From assembly GCA_964016885.1 (NCBI GenBank), contig OZ024741.1:316448001-316512000 (forward strand): DNA of 64,000 nucleotides, in the 5' to 3' direction. Below are positions 1 to 12,778 of the stretch, piece by piece. The translations under genes were made by a program, and so were the position numbers. The notes below the pieces were generated by a model that saw only the letters and a program-made list of their open reading frames with translations, was not told where the DNA came from and did not search any database. The stretch comes from Eledone cirrhosa. Its lineage: Eukaryota. Positions within the stretch are counted from its first letter, which is position 1, and every line of letters begins with the position of its first letter.

Positions 1-612
1 TGTCAATCTCTATATGTTGTATAAATATATAAATATATAAATGTATAAATATATATATATGGTTATATGTATATATACATATATATATATGCTTACAGTT
101 AACAAACGTGGTCTGATGTTGGTTTATGTGTATAATTTTCCACTTTTCCTGTATTTGTCAACTTGGTATATAGATGCATATATACACACTGTGTATGTAT
201 GTCTTTCCTCTGTATATACACTCTCTTGCTCTCCCTCTCTCTCCGTATATCTAACTCTCTTTTTCTCTCATTGACACTTTGGTAAAATGTCACAAGAGAA
301 CCATGTGAAATGACAATGTCTCTATGTGTAAAATATACACACGTGTATCTTCTTTGTCAGTGTGTATTTACATACATGTGTATTTCATATATACACATAT
401 ATATATTACACACTGTATATACACATATATGTATATATATTTGCCCCTATATACATATATCATTCACTCTCTCACACACACTCTCTCTTTCGTTTTTTCT
501 CTACGTGTATGTGCCTGTTTGTGAGTGTGTATACATATATACATATATTCTGGGTGTGTGGCTGAAAGCATATACATACATGCAAGTATATGTATGTAAG
601 TGTATATATAAA

Positions 613-656
<44 letters not shown>

Positions 657-720
657 TGTGTGTTTGTGTATATGTCTGTGTGTGCAAGGTGTAGAGAGAG
701 AGAGAGTGAGAGAGAGAGTC
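1..720. repeat. AT/CA/GA microsatellite-rich low-complexity DNA
   Basis: Imperfect (TA)n, (TG)n and (GA)n runs; the ORFs here are compositional artefacts. Confidence 0.9.
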
Positions 721-769
721 GATGCAATTGTAAACACAACAAACTATATATATCACTGCTCGTTTTATT

Positions 770-1860
770 GCTGTTGCTGTTGGTAGTGGTGGTAGAGTCA
801 CTGAATGGTGGTTGTGGTGGGAGTAGATACCAAGTAACGAGGTAGCAACAGTAGTGGTAGCATTAGAGGTTGCGGTGTCAGTATGTTTGACTGTGGTGGT
901 AGCAGTAATAGTAGGGCATTCTAGGGTGGTAGTGGTGGAGTTGATGGTCAGTGGTAGCGGTGTGAGTAGAATCTGAATAACAAGGCTGCAACTGTAATTG
1001 TTGTTGTGGTAGTGGTGGTGGTGGTGATGGTGGTGCGAGTAGAATCTGAATAACGAGGCTGCAACTTTAATTGTGGTGGTGGTGATGGTGGTAGATTCAG
1101 TGGTAGTGGTGTGAGTATAAGTTGAATAACGAAGTTGCAACTGTAATAGTAGTGGTGATGGTGGTGGTTTTGATGATGATCATAACACTTATAGTGGGAC
1201 ATTCAGTGGTTATGTTGGTGGTAGCATTTATAGCGGGACATCAGTGGTTTTGATGGTGGTATTGACGGTGGTGATGGTGGATTGTGGTGGTAATTGTGAT
1301 GGTGATGCTAGCACTTATAGTGGGACATTCAGTTGTTATGAGGGTGGTGGGGTGGTAGCACTTATAGTGGGACCACCAGTAGTTATACTGGAGGTGGTAT
1401 TGAAGGTGGTAGCACTTATAGTGGGACAGTGGTTATGGTAATATTGAAGATGGTGGAGGCGGTGGTACCACTTACAGTGTGACATAGTGGTTATGGTAAT
1501 GGTGGTGGTGGTGATGGTAGTGTTGTTGATTGTAGGTGGCGGTGGCGTAAACCTGCTAACTGGCTGAATGGTAGCGGTGTGAGTAAATGCTAACTGTGGT
1601 GGTTGCAGCAGTGTGCGATGACAGTAAACCGACCTGCTGACTAGTGGGTAGTGGTGTCAGTAGTTGCCAACTATCGTGGTAGCAGCAGTTTTAGCATAGA
1701 GTAACTTGGTAAATGGTGGTGATGGTGGTGGTGGTTGTGGTGTTGGAGGCGGAGGCGGCGGTGGTGATGTTGTTGTTGTTGTTGGTGGTGGTGGTTGTTG
1801 CGGTGATGGTGGTGGTGATGATGATGATGATGATGATGATGGTGTGGTGGTGTTGACAGT
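770..1860. repeat. Degenerate (GGT/GTA/GTT)n trinucleotide region with short tandem motifs
   Basis: GGT/GTG-rich; recurring GAGTAGAATCTGAATAAC..GGCTGCAACT and AGCACTTATAGTGGGACA motifs. Confidence 0.8.
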
Positions 1861-2392
1861 AAAACCGATCTACTGGTAGCAAAGGTGTAAAAATGATAAA
1901 AGAATATTTTATTAAAATTTCATATACAATTGTCTATATTTACAAACAAGAAGGGAGAAAAAAATGAAATAAATAAAATATGTGGAGGCGGAGAAATTAG
2001 GTTGGTGGGGTGGTGGTGCAAATCTAGACCCTTGATTGGGTGACACACCACAATGTGGCCCGCGGCACACAAGACGGAGAAAGCATTGTCGCAGAGAACA
2101 TCCAGCGTCACTCACTGCATGGTCAACCATTCCATTTTGCATGGCTACTTCCTCAGGCGAGACACCCTCATTCCAATTTATCGGAGAAAGACATTAGTCC
2201 TGGGCACATTTTTTTTTGTTTTGTTTTGTTTCGCAAGGCTGAATAGGGACCCATGTTTTTTTTTTTGTTTTTTTTTTATCTAATCAGTTACCTGCATCCT
2301 TGTATTCACAATTAACAAAGTTCTTTCACTTTGTAATGTTGAATTTTCTGTTTGATAATTTGTTGTATTAATTAAATATACCGTACCAGGAT

Positions 2393-2590
2393 CAGGTTGT
2401 CCGCCGTGGTGGGTTGAAAAATTGAAGTGCCACAGAATGGGGCCGAAATATCTGAAACTCTAGGTACCCGGCCCTAGCACAATATGGCCCAGGTTGTCAG
2501 ACGTAGTGGGGTTAAAAATTGAAATGACACAAAGTGGGCCTGAAATACCTGAAAGTCTAGGTACCCGGTGATGGGTAATATGGCCCAAGG
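2393..2590. repeat. Diverged ~97-bp tandem dimer
   Basis: Two copies of AAAAATTGAA..CTGAAA.TCTAGGTACCCGG..AATATGGCCCA. Confidence 0.7.
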
Positions 2591-2654
2591 CCGAGTACGA
2601 GGACACCGGAGATCCGTTTGCAAACGGCACATTTAGGAAACGGTCAGCGTAAGA

Positions 2655-2749
2655 AAGTAGTGGTAGAAGTAAATATGAATGAGGTGGTAGCAACAGCAGC
2701 AGCAGTAGAGGTTGTACTGCAATAGAGCTGCAGAGCTGTTGTTGTTATT

Positions 2750-2815
<66 letters not shown>

Positions 2816-3319
2816 CTAATAGTAGTAGTAGTATCTGTGCTGATGGCGGCGGCAGAAGCTGGAGACGGCGTTGCAACGTACAATAATGTTACTGGTGATT
2901 GGGGTGGTTGTACTTGTGCTGCAGGTGGTGGTGGTGAGGTGGGCTGGTGGTGGTGGTTGTGTTAGAAGTGGTGGTGTTGGTGGTTGTGGAGATCCTCGGG
3001 GTGGTTGAGGTTGTGGTGGTGGTGGTTCAGTTTGGGTTTGATAGTGGTGCTGTTGTTGTTGTTGTTGTTGGTGGTGGTGTGGTGGTATGGCGGTGGTGAT
3101 GTTACAATGAGGTGTGTCGCGGTGTCAGTACTTCTACTGTGATAGTAGCAAGAGGCAGTGGTAAGAGTACCACCACCACCACCACCATATGCAACTGCAG
3201 CAACAGCAGCAGCAGAAACTATTGTATATTAGTAATGACATTATGGTTAGCAGCAGCAGCTGCTGTAGTAGTAGTAGTGGTGGTGGTGGTGGTGGTGGTG
3301 GTGGTGGTGGTGGTGGTGG

Positions 3320-3354
<35 letters not shown>

Positions 3355-3490
3355 CTGGTAGTGGTTGTATTTGTAGTGTTGGTGTGATGTTGGTGGTGGC
3401 AAAATGGTGTCAGTAGCGGTCGGAGTATTACTAATAGAGGTGGTAGCACCAGTTATATGTTGTTATATATTTCAAGTAGTAGTAGTAGTG
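2655..3490. repeat. (TAG)n, (GGT)n and (GCT)n trinucleotide repeats
   Basis: Pure (AGT)n at about 2750-2830 and (GGT)n/(GCT)n at about 3260-3360. Confidence 0.9.
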
Positions 3491-4638
3491 AGTCTTGTGT
3501 TTGTCTGAGTAGTGTTTTGATAAAGGCTGAGGTGCATGGTTGTTCTCATGTGTCTCTATAATATGTATTCTATAACGATTGTGTTGTTATTTCTGTTTAC
3601 CTTTTACATACACACATATATATATATATATATATACACATACATACAGATATATATATATTGCACTGAGTCGTGGAGGGAGTTTCTGAGCTGTCAGCCG
3701 TTCTGCTATGCTAGAAATACCACTTAAATGTATTTAAAATTACAAACAGAATTGATTATGTAGTCCTAGATACACTAGGTCTGAAAAAAAATAATAAACG
3801 GGATGGTTTAATCATATGATTTGCTTCAAGGCTGACATATGTATTTATTTTTATATATATATATATAAAAATATATATATATACAAACACACACACACAC
3901 ACTCACTCACACACACACACACAGACACACACGCGCGCGCGCGCACTACTCGGTCTATTTTTTATATGCCTAACTAACGCGTGCATTAACGTGGACACTT
4001 ATAATTCAAGGGATTTGGAGAAGAGGGCTTATTTGCTTCTATCTTTTTATCATTCGGTTTATGTTGATGCTATAAATATTTAGTCCCAGGTCCAGCTGAT
4101 GTGTGATCCGAGGCGTTCCGGCCACGACCAGTCTGTTTAGATCTACATCGTTTACTGCATACATGTGTACTGTCATCGGTAAGGACCTAATCCAGGTTTC
4201 CAAGATTTTATTTTCTAAGGACCCCTTCCCCCTTTTATTTAAAGGAATTTCCCCCTCATTGTTATACAATAAAAATAATAACAATAAAAAGAGAAATGTT
4301 TATATAGAGAGAATTGATACATACTAGAGTGTATATGTGATATTTTAATACTTTTGTGAATCTCCTGGCTGGGGACCGCTTGCTTAGGAGCTTACAGTCC
4401 ATGGGGGCCTCAAAATTATTAAAAGGCATATGTTTATGTTTTCATAAGGGGTCTCGTATACTATTTTAACGAGAGGGCGCCAAGGTTTATAATATAAACC
4501 TCGGGACCTCACCAAGTTTTAATTCAGCGTTGGCTACTATTTCTACCAAGTATAGTGCCCACATGTTGTAGGTGAGCCTCCTTCGTTACCTTACTAGATA
4601 TGTGTGTGTGTGTGTTTAACCTTACTAGATAGGTATGT

Positions 4639-4892
4639 TTAACCCTTTTGATACCAAATCGCTGAAACCACCACTTGGGTTTACGGTGAAAAACTTTTAA
4701 AGTGAATATATTTATCTTAAAATCTTTCCATTATAATTTTATGTAAGAACCTTAGTTACGTTATATTCCAAGCACCAGCTAAATAATGAGAAAGTAAGTT
4801 ATATTAAAAATCCCATGAAGGTCTTGATAATTTATTAGAATTAAAATAATTCGAAAACAATAGGCAATATTTTTCATCAGAAATATGGTTAA
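4639..4892. mobile_element. Degenerate piggyBac-like MITE (TTAA-CCCT start)
   Basis: Starts TTAACCCTTTTGATACC and ends ATATGGTTAA; the right terminus is degenerate. Confidence 0.45.
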
Positions 4893-5445
4893 GAGATGCA
4901 TGTGTTATATATTCGTGTGTAGAAATACACACACACACACCAACGAAAGGGACCGAATGTTGTTGTTCAGACAGTTAGAAATAACAACCGAATCTTCAAA
5001 TCGCATCCTACCATCTATTGAACAATGATATAGGAAATAACAAGATGATTATGGCTGGAATGTCCTTCATGGGTCTTTTGCTCAATCAACGAAGGGTAAC
5101 CTGGGATTAAACATCATCAAATATCACGTACCATGCGGAAGCACATGACATTTATATACACAAGTTATACGTATATATATGATGATGGCTGCCCCCTCGT
5201 TATCGAGTATGGCCATTGCACGAGGAGAAAAAAAAATTAATAAATAAATAAAAAATAAAATAAAAATAAAAAAAAGAAATATATATATACACATATACAT
5301 ATATACACATATACATTAATAACAATAATAATAATAACAACAATAATAATAACGACAACAACAATAATAATATACATATACATATATATATATATACACA
5401 TACACGCACACACATAAACATATCTATACACACACACACACACAC

Positions 5446-6275
5446 GATAGCAACTAACAGCGCTGCGATCGAATGTGGCTTTTTAGCCCAGCCAATGATC
5501 TAAAATGTCTTGCACAGAGTCGGCAACCAAAACGTTCACTGGGAATAGTCGGTTGTGGTTGGAGGTCGTGTACTTTTGCATGTCGCTTGAGCCCTCCTGC
5601 TGATTTACATTCCCTACCACATGTTTGGCAAGCATCATGAGTAGCATCTCCAACAGCAGCCTGGTAGTCAACCACTGGTCTTACTTTATGACTGCGAAGA
5701 TGACTTTCGAGTCCAGCTTTGCTTAGGCAGAGTCTCGCACAGACGCTGCATGTCAGCACCACAGGAGGACCCTCGCCGTCTGGAAGTGCAACAGCAATGC
5801 CCTTCCTCACATCCCGCTTTACTTTCTCGTATGCGATTCGAGATGCCTCAAAGGCAACTTTTCCCTCATATACAGTCTTTCTCCATTTATTACGATCAGC
5901 AGCAATATTTTCCCATCTATCAGCAGAGATGTTAGCGTCTTTCAGAGAGACTTTCAAGGAATCCTTATACCTCTTTTTTGGTTTATGTGGCGGTCGTTTT
6001 CCTTTAACCAACTCTCCATAAAAGAGTTGTTTTGGTATTCTAGAATCCTTCATCCTGGCAAGGTGACCACTCCAACGGAGCCGTTGCTTAAGCACAAGAG
6101 CTTCTATACTGTCACACATAGAGCTTTCCAAAATCTCGACATCACTGATGTGGTCCTTCCAGTGAACGCCATGGATCCGTCTGAGACACATCTGATGGAA
6201 ACGCTCCAATTGCTTAAGGTGGTGTCGATATGTGACCCAGGTCTCGCAGGCATAAAGAAGACAAGAGAGCACACA
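5446..6275 (-). mobile_element. 5'-truncated RTE-clade LINE, ORF2 C-terminus with three zinc fingers
   Basis: ORF 6272-5454: LLYACETW, RLRWSGHLARMKDSRIPKQLFYGEL..GKRPPHKPKKRYKD (RTE signature); then CSVC..HLRSH, CQTC..HAKVH, CRLC..HIRSQRC; the stop is followed almost at once by a (TG)n tail. Confidence 0.92.
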
Positions 6276-6397
6276 TGCCCTTTACACCTTTACCTTTGTC
6301 CTCCTGCATATGTCTCGTATATATATATATATATACGTATATATATATATATACATACGTACACACACACACACACACACCCATATATATATATATA

Positions 6398-7108
6398 TGG
6401 TCTTTAAAGCGAAGAAATACCAATGATGGTTGGAAGATCACTGATGAAGGACCACTTTATTCATATGTAACCCATATGCAACTCCACAGCACGTTTATTC
6501 TCATATATATTTACACATTTTTTTCCCCCGCTGTGACCCGTTATTTCGTTCTTACTGCTTCCTCTTTCTCTGTATCATTACCCTCTCTAACAGTCACTCT
6601 CTCTGTTAGTCTCTTCCTCACTCTTCACTCACTCACTCTCTGTTACTACCTCTCCTCCTCCTCCTCCTTCTTCCCGTTTGACCTGTGCGTAATTCTTTTC
6701 TTTCGCACGCTTGGCCAGGCCGGTTGGCATTTTTTCTCTCTCTCGTCTACGATTTCACAGAACTTATGTTTACCGAATTCACGGACTAGACCCCTTCTTC
6801 CTCCCGTTAGACCTGTGCGAAATTCCTTCCTTGCTCACATTTCAACCAGGTTTGATGGTCTTTATTCTCTCTCGTTCACGATTTCACCGAACTTATATTC
6901 ATGGAAATTTGGAACTTGACTCGTTCTTCCTCACTTTTCGTTGCTTCACCATCTTTGTTTGTTTACACTCTCGCTGTTCCCTTTATTTACATGTCCCAAC
7001 GACTTTCTTTAGCCGTTGCTCGCACCAACCGGAGGTATATGGTCTTTAAAGCGAAGAAATATCAATGATGGTTGGAAGATCACTGATGAAGGACCACTTT
7101 ATTCATAT
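6398..7108. mobile_element. Non-coding element with 69-bp terminal direct repeats (pseudo-LTR-like) in (TA)n
   Basis: 6398-6466 and 7040-7108 differ at about 1 position; internal ~130-bp tandem duplication near 6670-6930. Confidence 0.65.
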
Positions 7109-7243
7109 ATATATATATACATACATATGTACATATATATATGTGTGTGTGTGCGTCTCACCCCCTCCCCTCTCAAGCGTGAACCTAATACAAACACTGT
7201 TTATACTGCACTCCTTGTTTTTGTTTTGTTCCTTGCCAATATA

Positions 7244-7352
<109 letters not shown>

Positions 7353-7414
7353 TTATTTATAGATAGATATATATATACTTAAGGATTAGGATACACTAAT
7401 ATTATATGAAGAAA

Positions 7415-7507
7415 TTTTCCTTTCATCCTTACGGGGTTGATAAAATAAAGTACCAGTAATGCACTGGAATAACTGTTAGCCTTGTGCTAAAAGTAGAAAC
7501 AATTATA
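7415..7507 (+). mobile_element. SINE 3' fragment (family also at 12.4, 12.7, 22.3, 24.2, 25.5 and 59.2 kb)
   Basis: CCTTTCATCCTTACGGGGTTGATAAAATAAAGTACCAGTAA..AAAAGTAGAAACAATTAT. Confidence 0.85.
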
Positions 7508-8046
7508 TGAAGACAATAATTTTGTTGTTATTTTCATCGTCTATTTTTAACATAACAGTCATAAACTTATGATGTACGCGTGACATCATAGACACTTATT
7601 TCAGATGCATGTGACTATTACTTCGTGGAACTTATCTACACATGATAGACGGATGTAGTAGGTTTGGGGTTTTTTTTTTTTACTCAATCGAACTTACTGG
7701 AAGATTGTTCAATTGCGAGATTTCCCATTCCCCCTTGCGCACTCTATAATTGTGTAAATTGCCTAAAGGCATAACTTGTCTGAATGTGTTTTGCTATGTT
7801 TCAATGTACACTGGAATGAATGGTACGACATTAATATACTGAAACCGTAGTGATTTCCAGGGGTTGACTGAAAAGATTGGACTGTCCGCCTTTCCGTCGT
7901 TTTTCCCATTCTTTGTTCTGGTCGCCCCCTATATTAAATATGTGTGTGTGTGTGTGTTCAGTAAAAGTTGTTTCGGTAAAACAAGAGTAAACAGAAGAAA
8001 GCTCTCTACATCCGTAGTGTGTATTCACGACGGAGATTCAGTATAG

Positions 8047-8119
<73 letters not shown>

Positions 8120-8150
8120 CATGCGCGTTTCGGTAATTTACACATACACA

Positions 8151-8181
<31 letters not shown>

Positions 8182-8689
8182 TTATCTTATTTTATTTTGT
8201 TTTGTTTCATGTTATTTTATTTGTCTTTGTTTGTCATTATATCCCTTCCTCTTCTTGTTATTCCCCATCTTTTCTCCCACCCCTCTTTCTCATCTCCCCC
8301 TCCCTTTCTCTTACCTCCCATTCATTCTTATACCCTATGCCTACATATCGTCCCCTAACCAACACCATAAGTCAACCACCCCCCTAACACTTCTCTAATC
8401 TGTCCACGATTACATTGACCAACATCTAATATCACCCTCCTTACTCCCAGCCCAATCACGTTTCCCTTTCTTCTTTCCCTCACTCACGCCTCTTCTCCCT
8501 CTTTATCCTTTTATCTCCTTTCCTTACCTATCTTCTGTCTTCTCCCATATCCCCCCCCCCCCACACACACACACAAAAACAACAACCAATTCAAACAATG
8601 AACGACAGAATACACCAGAATGCACTAGATGTGAATTTTTTTTTTTTTTGTTTAAGCTTTATGCAGATATCACCCATCATTCACGAGCC

Positions 8690-8790
8690 AAGAGTCTGAT
8701 GAGCTATTGATTCCAGAGTCGGGCCCGATCGATATAAATCGAACCTTGTGCTGATCAATCGTGAAACGCACGCCACACCTGAATAAACTT
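8690..8790 (+). ncRNA. Degenerate hammerhead-like motif in a Penelope-LTR-like fragment
   Basis: CTGATGA 8696-8702, stem II ATTGAT/ATCAAT, GAAAC 8763-8767, then AATAAA; stems I and III are eroded. Confidence 0.45.
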
Positions 8791-9058
8791 AATGATGAAA
8801 CTCTGACACCTCATTCCTACTTAGTAATATCACACTCTGCTTATGAAGTAAACCACCCACAGTATAACATGAAATGTATAACTGTACGTACTGTACTTAA
8901 ACGTACTGTACTTGAAGTTGGTGAACTAACAATAACATAAGGTTACAATACATTAATTTATATATGTATATACATATATTTATGGGGTGGGTGGGGCGGT
9001 GTATAAAAACAAGAAGTGTAAGTCAACAGGTTAAAATGAACTTCGTTTATTCATATTC

Positions 9059-9117
9059 GCTGCAATATATATTTCGGTGATCACCATTATTCAAGAGTTA
9101 TGACCTCATCAGGCAGC
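9059..9117 (-). ncRNA. Minimal type I hammerhead ribozyme
   Basis: GCUGC-CUGAUGA-GGU..ACC-GAAA-UAUAU-AUU-GCAGC; palindromic stem III. Confidence 0.75.
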
Positions 9118-9339
9118 TAGAACTTGAACAGAAAAAACAGGAAAACATAATGGTGGAACAAAGTTTACCTCCGTTATTTCGTTGATATGCCCAGTTCCGA
9201 AGTGTGGTGGTGTTTTCTCAAAGAACTGGTGGCATATGAGAAAACAACACCACACTTCGGAACTGGGCATATCAACGAAATAACGGAGGTAAACTTTGTT
9301 CCACCATTATGTTTTCCTGTTTTTTCTGTTCAAGTTCTA

Positions 9340-9398
9340 GCTGCCTGATGAGGTCATAACTGTTGAATAATGGTGATCACCGAAATATTTATTGCAGC
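9340..9398 (+). ncRNA. Minimal type I hammerhead ribozyme
   Basis: GCTGC-CTGATGA-GGT..ACC-GAAA-TATTT-ATT-GCAGC; AATAAA at 9406-9411. Confidence 0.72.
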
Positions 9399-9639
9399 GA
9401 ATATGAATAAACGAAGTTCATTTTAACCTGTTGACTTACACTTCTTGTTATTAAATTACTCCGGAGTAAACAGACCTATCTGCACACTTCGTTGAGTGTT
9501 CTAACCTGCATACTGAAGTGTCGGTAAACAACCAACACTTACACAAATTCATGTGTGTGTGTGTGTGTGTGTGTCTGTGTGTAAATGGTCTAGTGACCTT
9601 TGGTCCAGCCTGTATATATATATATATATATAAACAGAG

Positions 9640-9800
9640 TAATTGTGGTAAGGAACCAAATGGACCATAACGCACCAGAGTACCCAATACTTAGGGTAGT
9701 AGAGTGGGTAATAGGAAAAGGTATGACCACGACGGCAGAGCACAAGCCGTTTCGACGGCTATTTCTGTGCTCTGCCGTCGGCGTCATACCTTTTCCTATA
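9640..9800. mobile_element. Penelope-LTR-like family fragment with fold-back (family also at 15495-15610 and 30498-30684)
   Basis: Shared GGACCATAACGCACC..GTAGTAGAGTGGGTAATAGGAA; hairpin about 9711-9799 containing a GAAAC-GGC..GCC-GTC hammerhead 3' half. Confidence 0.7.
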
Positions 9801-9939
9801 TGTATATATATATGTGTGTGTGTGTGTGTCTGTATGTCTGTCTGCCTGGGGAAACATATATATATATGTTTCCCCTGAAGAATAGTCCCCTTGATGAGGA
9901 CGGATTTCTTTATTAATTGGGTCAATTAATAATGTTTGT

Positions 9940-10912
9940 ATAAACAATGTTTGTTGTTTTCCATCTGGTGCATAGATGGAAAGATTTGTGTAACTTCCTA
10001 CTTTGAACATCCAATGTACAGCTGACCATGGATGAAGCAGGGCTCTTCAACATGTAAACCGGCAACCGAAAATCTTTGTTCTTGTGATTTGTTGATGATC
10101 ATGACAAAACTAAGACTTACTGGAAATTGACGTCGTTTGAATTGAAACGGGACATCAGTGGATATACGAGGAATTCTGGAACGAACACATCCTCCCCTGA
10201 AATCCTGTTGAAATGGTAGCTTGAATCACGTGTTGATACATATTTTTCACAATCAATCGAGTGCCGCTGCATAATTCCTTAATAACATAATTCTTTAATA
10301 ACATCTTTAAGGTGAAGGGCATGTGGAGGCATTCCTGGTGGTTCTAAAAGAGTTGAGGATAATTGACAGCTTCCGACTGTTCCACCAGGACTGTTCCACC
10401 AGTGCCGACAGATCGATAGAGCTTCGAAACCTTTGGAATTCTTTTTAACAGTTCTTGATTTACCAATTTCACAATCACATGAGTTGGAGACGGTTGCTTC
10501 TGACTGGACCCGTTGCAGGAAGTGTTTGATGACTCTGCACCCACGACTCTCTTAGGAATAAGTGGACGAAGAAAAGAAGGCGAAGAAGACAATCACATGA
10601 GTTACCTGTGACTTGCGAACTGATATTCATGATTAGGGAACACTTTTTCTATGAGATGGAATATTGATTCCATTATCATGCCTATGGGACTTATATCATT
10701 AGCTCCCTTTGTATCTACAGGAAGTCTTCCGTCCCCAAGCATTAATAGATTCTCGGTGACCTGCTCTGATAGTTCCTCTTTATCAAAATATGCTCTCATG
10801 TTTGTAGCGAGCTTCAAAACTTTGATAGAAGTCAAAAGTGTCAATTTTTTTCAAACAGGCTCGGATTTGATCAATCCTTTTGGAATGACTGGGAGAGTTT
10901 GTCTAAAATCTC
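9940..10912 (-). pseudogene. Helitron RepHel PIF1-type helicase relic
   Basis: GGDFRQTLPVIPKG and LKLATNMRA..LLMLGDG in the ORF track; my manual translation near 10010-10160 gives FKRRQFPVSLSFVMIINKSQ..HGQLYIGCSKV; frameshifted. Confidence 0.88.
10486..10588 (+). mobile_element. 103-bp 5'-truncated RTE-like 3' end with 15-bp TSD
   Basis: ACAATCACATGAGTT at 10471-10485 and 10589-10603; GAA-rich tail. Confidence 0.75.
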
Positions 10913-10951
10913 CTCCTCCCCCTCCTCCTCCTCCTCCTCCTCCTCCTCCTC

Positions 10952-11005
<54 letters not shown>

Positions 11006-11274
11006 GTAGGAGTAGTAGTACCACCACCACCACTACTACTACTACTACTACCATCACTCCTACTAACACTACCACCACCACTGTATTCAAACCTGGAGAA
11101 GGATGGGCTCCGACAGGTTTTAAAATGCCCTAGAAACGCTGTATGTCAATATAGCGCCTCTACGACTGCTTTAGGAGTTACGGAACCATGTCGTGCATGC
11201 CATTTACAGTGTACTCACTATATATGGTGTTGGCAATATAGCTTGGCACCATTGTCGTCGCAACTAATATTTTA

Positions 11275-11393
11275 ACAACTGAGTGAACTGGAACAACCTG
11301 TTTTGCTCAAGAACACATAACGCCACCGGGTCTGAGAATCGAACTCATGAGCTTTCAATCTTGAGCCCGTTACCCTAACCACTATGTCACGTG
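11275..11393 (-). mobile_element. tRNA-derived SINE head
   Basis: Minus strand: A-box TAGTGGTTAGG, B-box GAGTTCGATTC, then TGTGTTCTTGAGCAA core. Confidence 0.7.
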
Positions 11394-11605
11394 TCTTCAG
11401 GGATGCCAGAAATAATAAGTGAAAAAATAAAAGTATAGCAATTAGTGTGTGTGTGCACTAAAGAAAGGACAGAGCGAGAAACACTTGGAAATCGTTCATG
11501 TGTAACATTGTACTCAGAACATCCTAGTCTCTAAACTATAATTAATTAGGAAAATTCTTGCCTGTTCTCCAAACCCATTCCCTCTCTTCCTCCCCTCCCT
11601 CTCTT

Positions 11606-11706
<101 letters not shown>

Positions 11707-11756
11707 ATAAGTATTTTATAAACACACACACACGCACAAATATATATATATATATA

Positions 11757-12132
11757 CTAGCAGATTTACCCGGCGTTGCCCGGGGCTTGAAATGCAACAA
11801 AGAATAAACAAGAAACAAACGATAATATTAGTGATTTATCTTCAAATCAATCTGATGTTTATATTTGTCAATAAAGTTGGTTATCTCCCTTTTTTTATAA
11901 GGATTGTCAATAAAGTTGGTTATCTCCCTTACATCAATTTTGCTACCGATAATTTTGATTTTTTATTGCTCAACGGGGATCGATTTGAAAAATGTTTGTG
12001 ATGTGACAATATTAGCGACCTGTGCAACGTGCACAGAAAATTTGGTCAAATTCAGTTGGTAATTGTAAAAGCCTTACGTATGCAAAGTTGTACACAGACA
12101 CACACACATCCTCACTTTTATATATATGAAGA
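11757..12132 (-). mobile_element. Complete non-autonomous Helitron (~376 bp)
   Basis: Minus strand: A|TCTTCATATATATAAAAGTGAGGATGTGTG ... CCCGGGCAACGCCGGG hairpin + CTAG|T; A/T insertion site in (TA)n. Confidence 0.82.
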
Positions 12133-12354
12133 TATATATATATACTAGCATAGCACCCGTCAAAAATTATGGAATTTACAGTAAAATATTTCAATTAATA
12201 ATTCCTTGATTACAACATTCTATGTAAAGATACTTGAATCCTCGATTTTCTTTGGTCGTCTCCGTCTTGCCACTCGCAGTATTTCATTTTACATTCATTT
12301 AAATCAATTACAATAATTTTCTTTCGATTTTTCTTTCATTATTATCGGTGAATG

Positions 12355-12548
12355 GTATTGTGGATTGGCAGTTTCGGTAGAGGGTCGGACGCCATGCTTT
12401 GACGCATAGAGTTACGGCCCTTGCCATTCTGAGTTCATATCCCGCCGAGGTTAACTTTGCCTTTCATCCTTACGGAGTCGATAAAATAGAGTACCAGTAA
12501 TCTACTGGATAATTGCTGGCCTTGTGCCAAAAGTAGAAACAATTATTA
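12355..12548 (+). mobile_element. tRNA-derived SINE, near full length
   Basis: TGGCAG..GGTAG A-box-like, GAGTTCATATCC B-box-like, family core and AATTATT tail. Confidence 0.85.
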
Positions 12549-12601
12549 TCAAACATATATCCACTGAAATAAGGTGACTTTATATATTTATATATATATA
12601 T

Positions 12602-12775
12602 AACTGTTTCTACTTTTGGCCAAAGGCCAGCAATTATCCAGTACATTACTGGTACTTTATTTTATCGACCCCCGTAAGGATGAAAGGTAAAGTTAACCTC
12701 AGCGGGATTTGAACTCAGAATGACAAGGACCGTAACTCTTGGCGTACGACCCTCTGGCGATACTGCCAATCCACA
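12602..12775 (-). mobile_element. Same SINE, inverted (tail-to-tail with the previous copy)
   Basis: Reverse complement of 12360-12545. Confidence 0.85.
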
Positions 12776-12778
12776 TCA

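Larger units (their letters stand above)
9008..9449. mobile_element. Inverted (fold-back) Penelope-type pseudo-LTR pair with two divergent hammerheads
   Basis: 213-bp arms 9008-9220 and 9237-9449 with about 3 mismatches and a 16-nt spacer. Confidence 0.85.

Noticed and set aside
1912-2283. Possible host exon in a more GC-rich island
   Set aside because: Short overlapping ORFs, no recognisable motif or convincing splice pair; cannot be excluded without RNA-seq.
472-3449. Mucin-like Thr/His/Val-rich ORFs
   Set aside because: Products of trinucleotide repeats with no coding hallmarks.
9846-9906. Hammerhead-like CTGAAGA..GTCC/GGAC-GGA next to a GGGGAAAC/GTTTCCCC hairpin
   Set aside because: The GAAA half is missing and no stem I or III can be built.
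11275-11393. tRNA gene
   Set aside because: A/B boxes are present but there is no clean cloverleaf and it runs into a SINE core.
12355-12775. MITE with long terminal inverted repeats
   Set aside because: Two independent, diverged SINE copies in opposite orientation around a TA tract.
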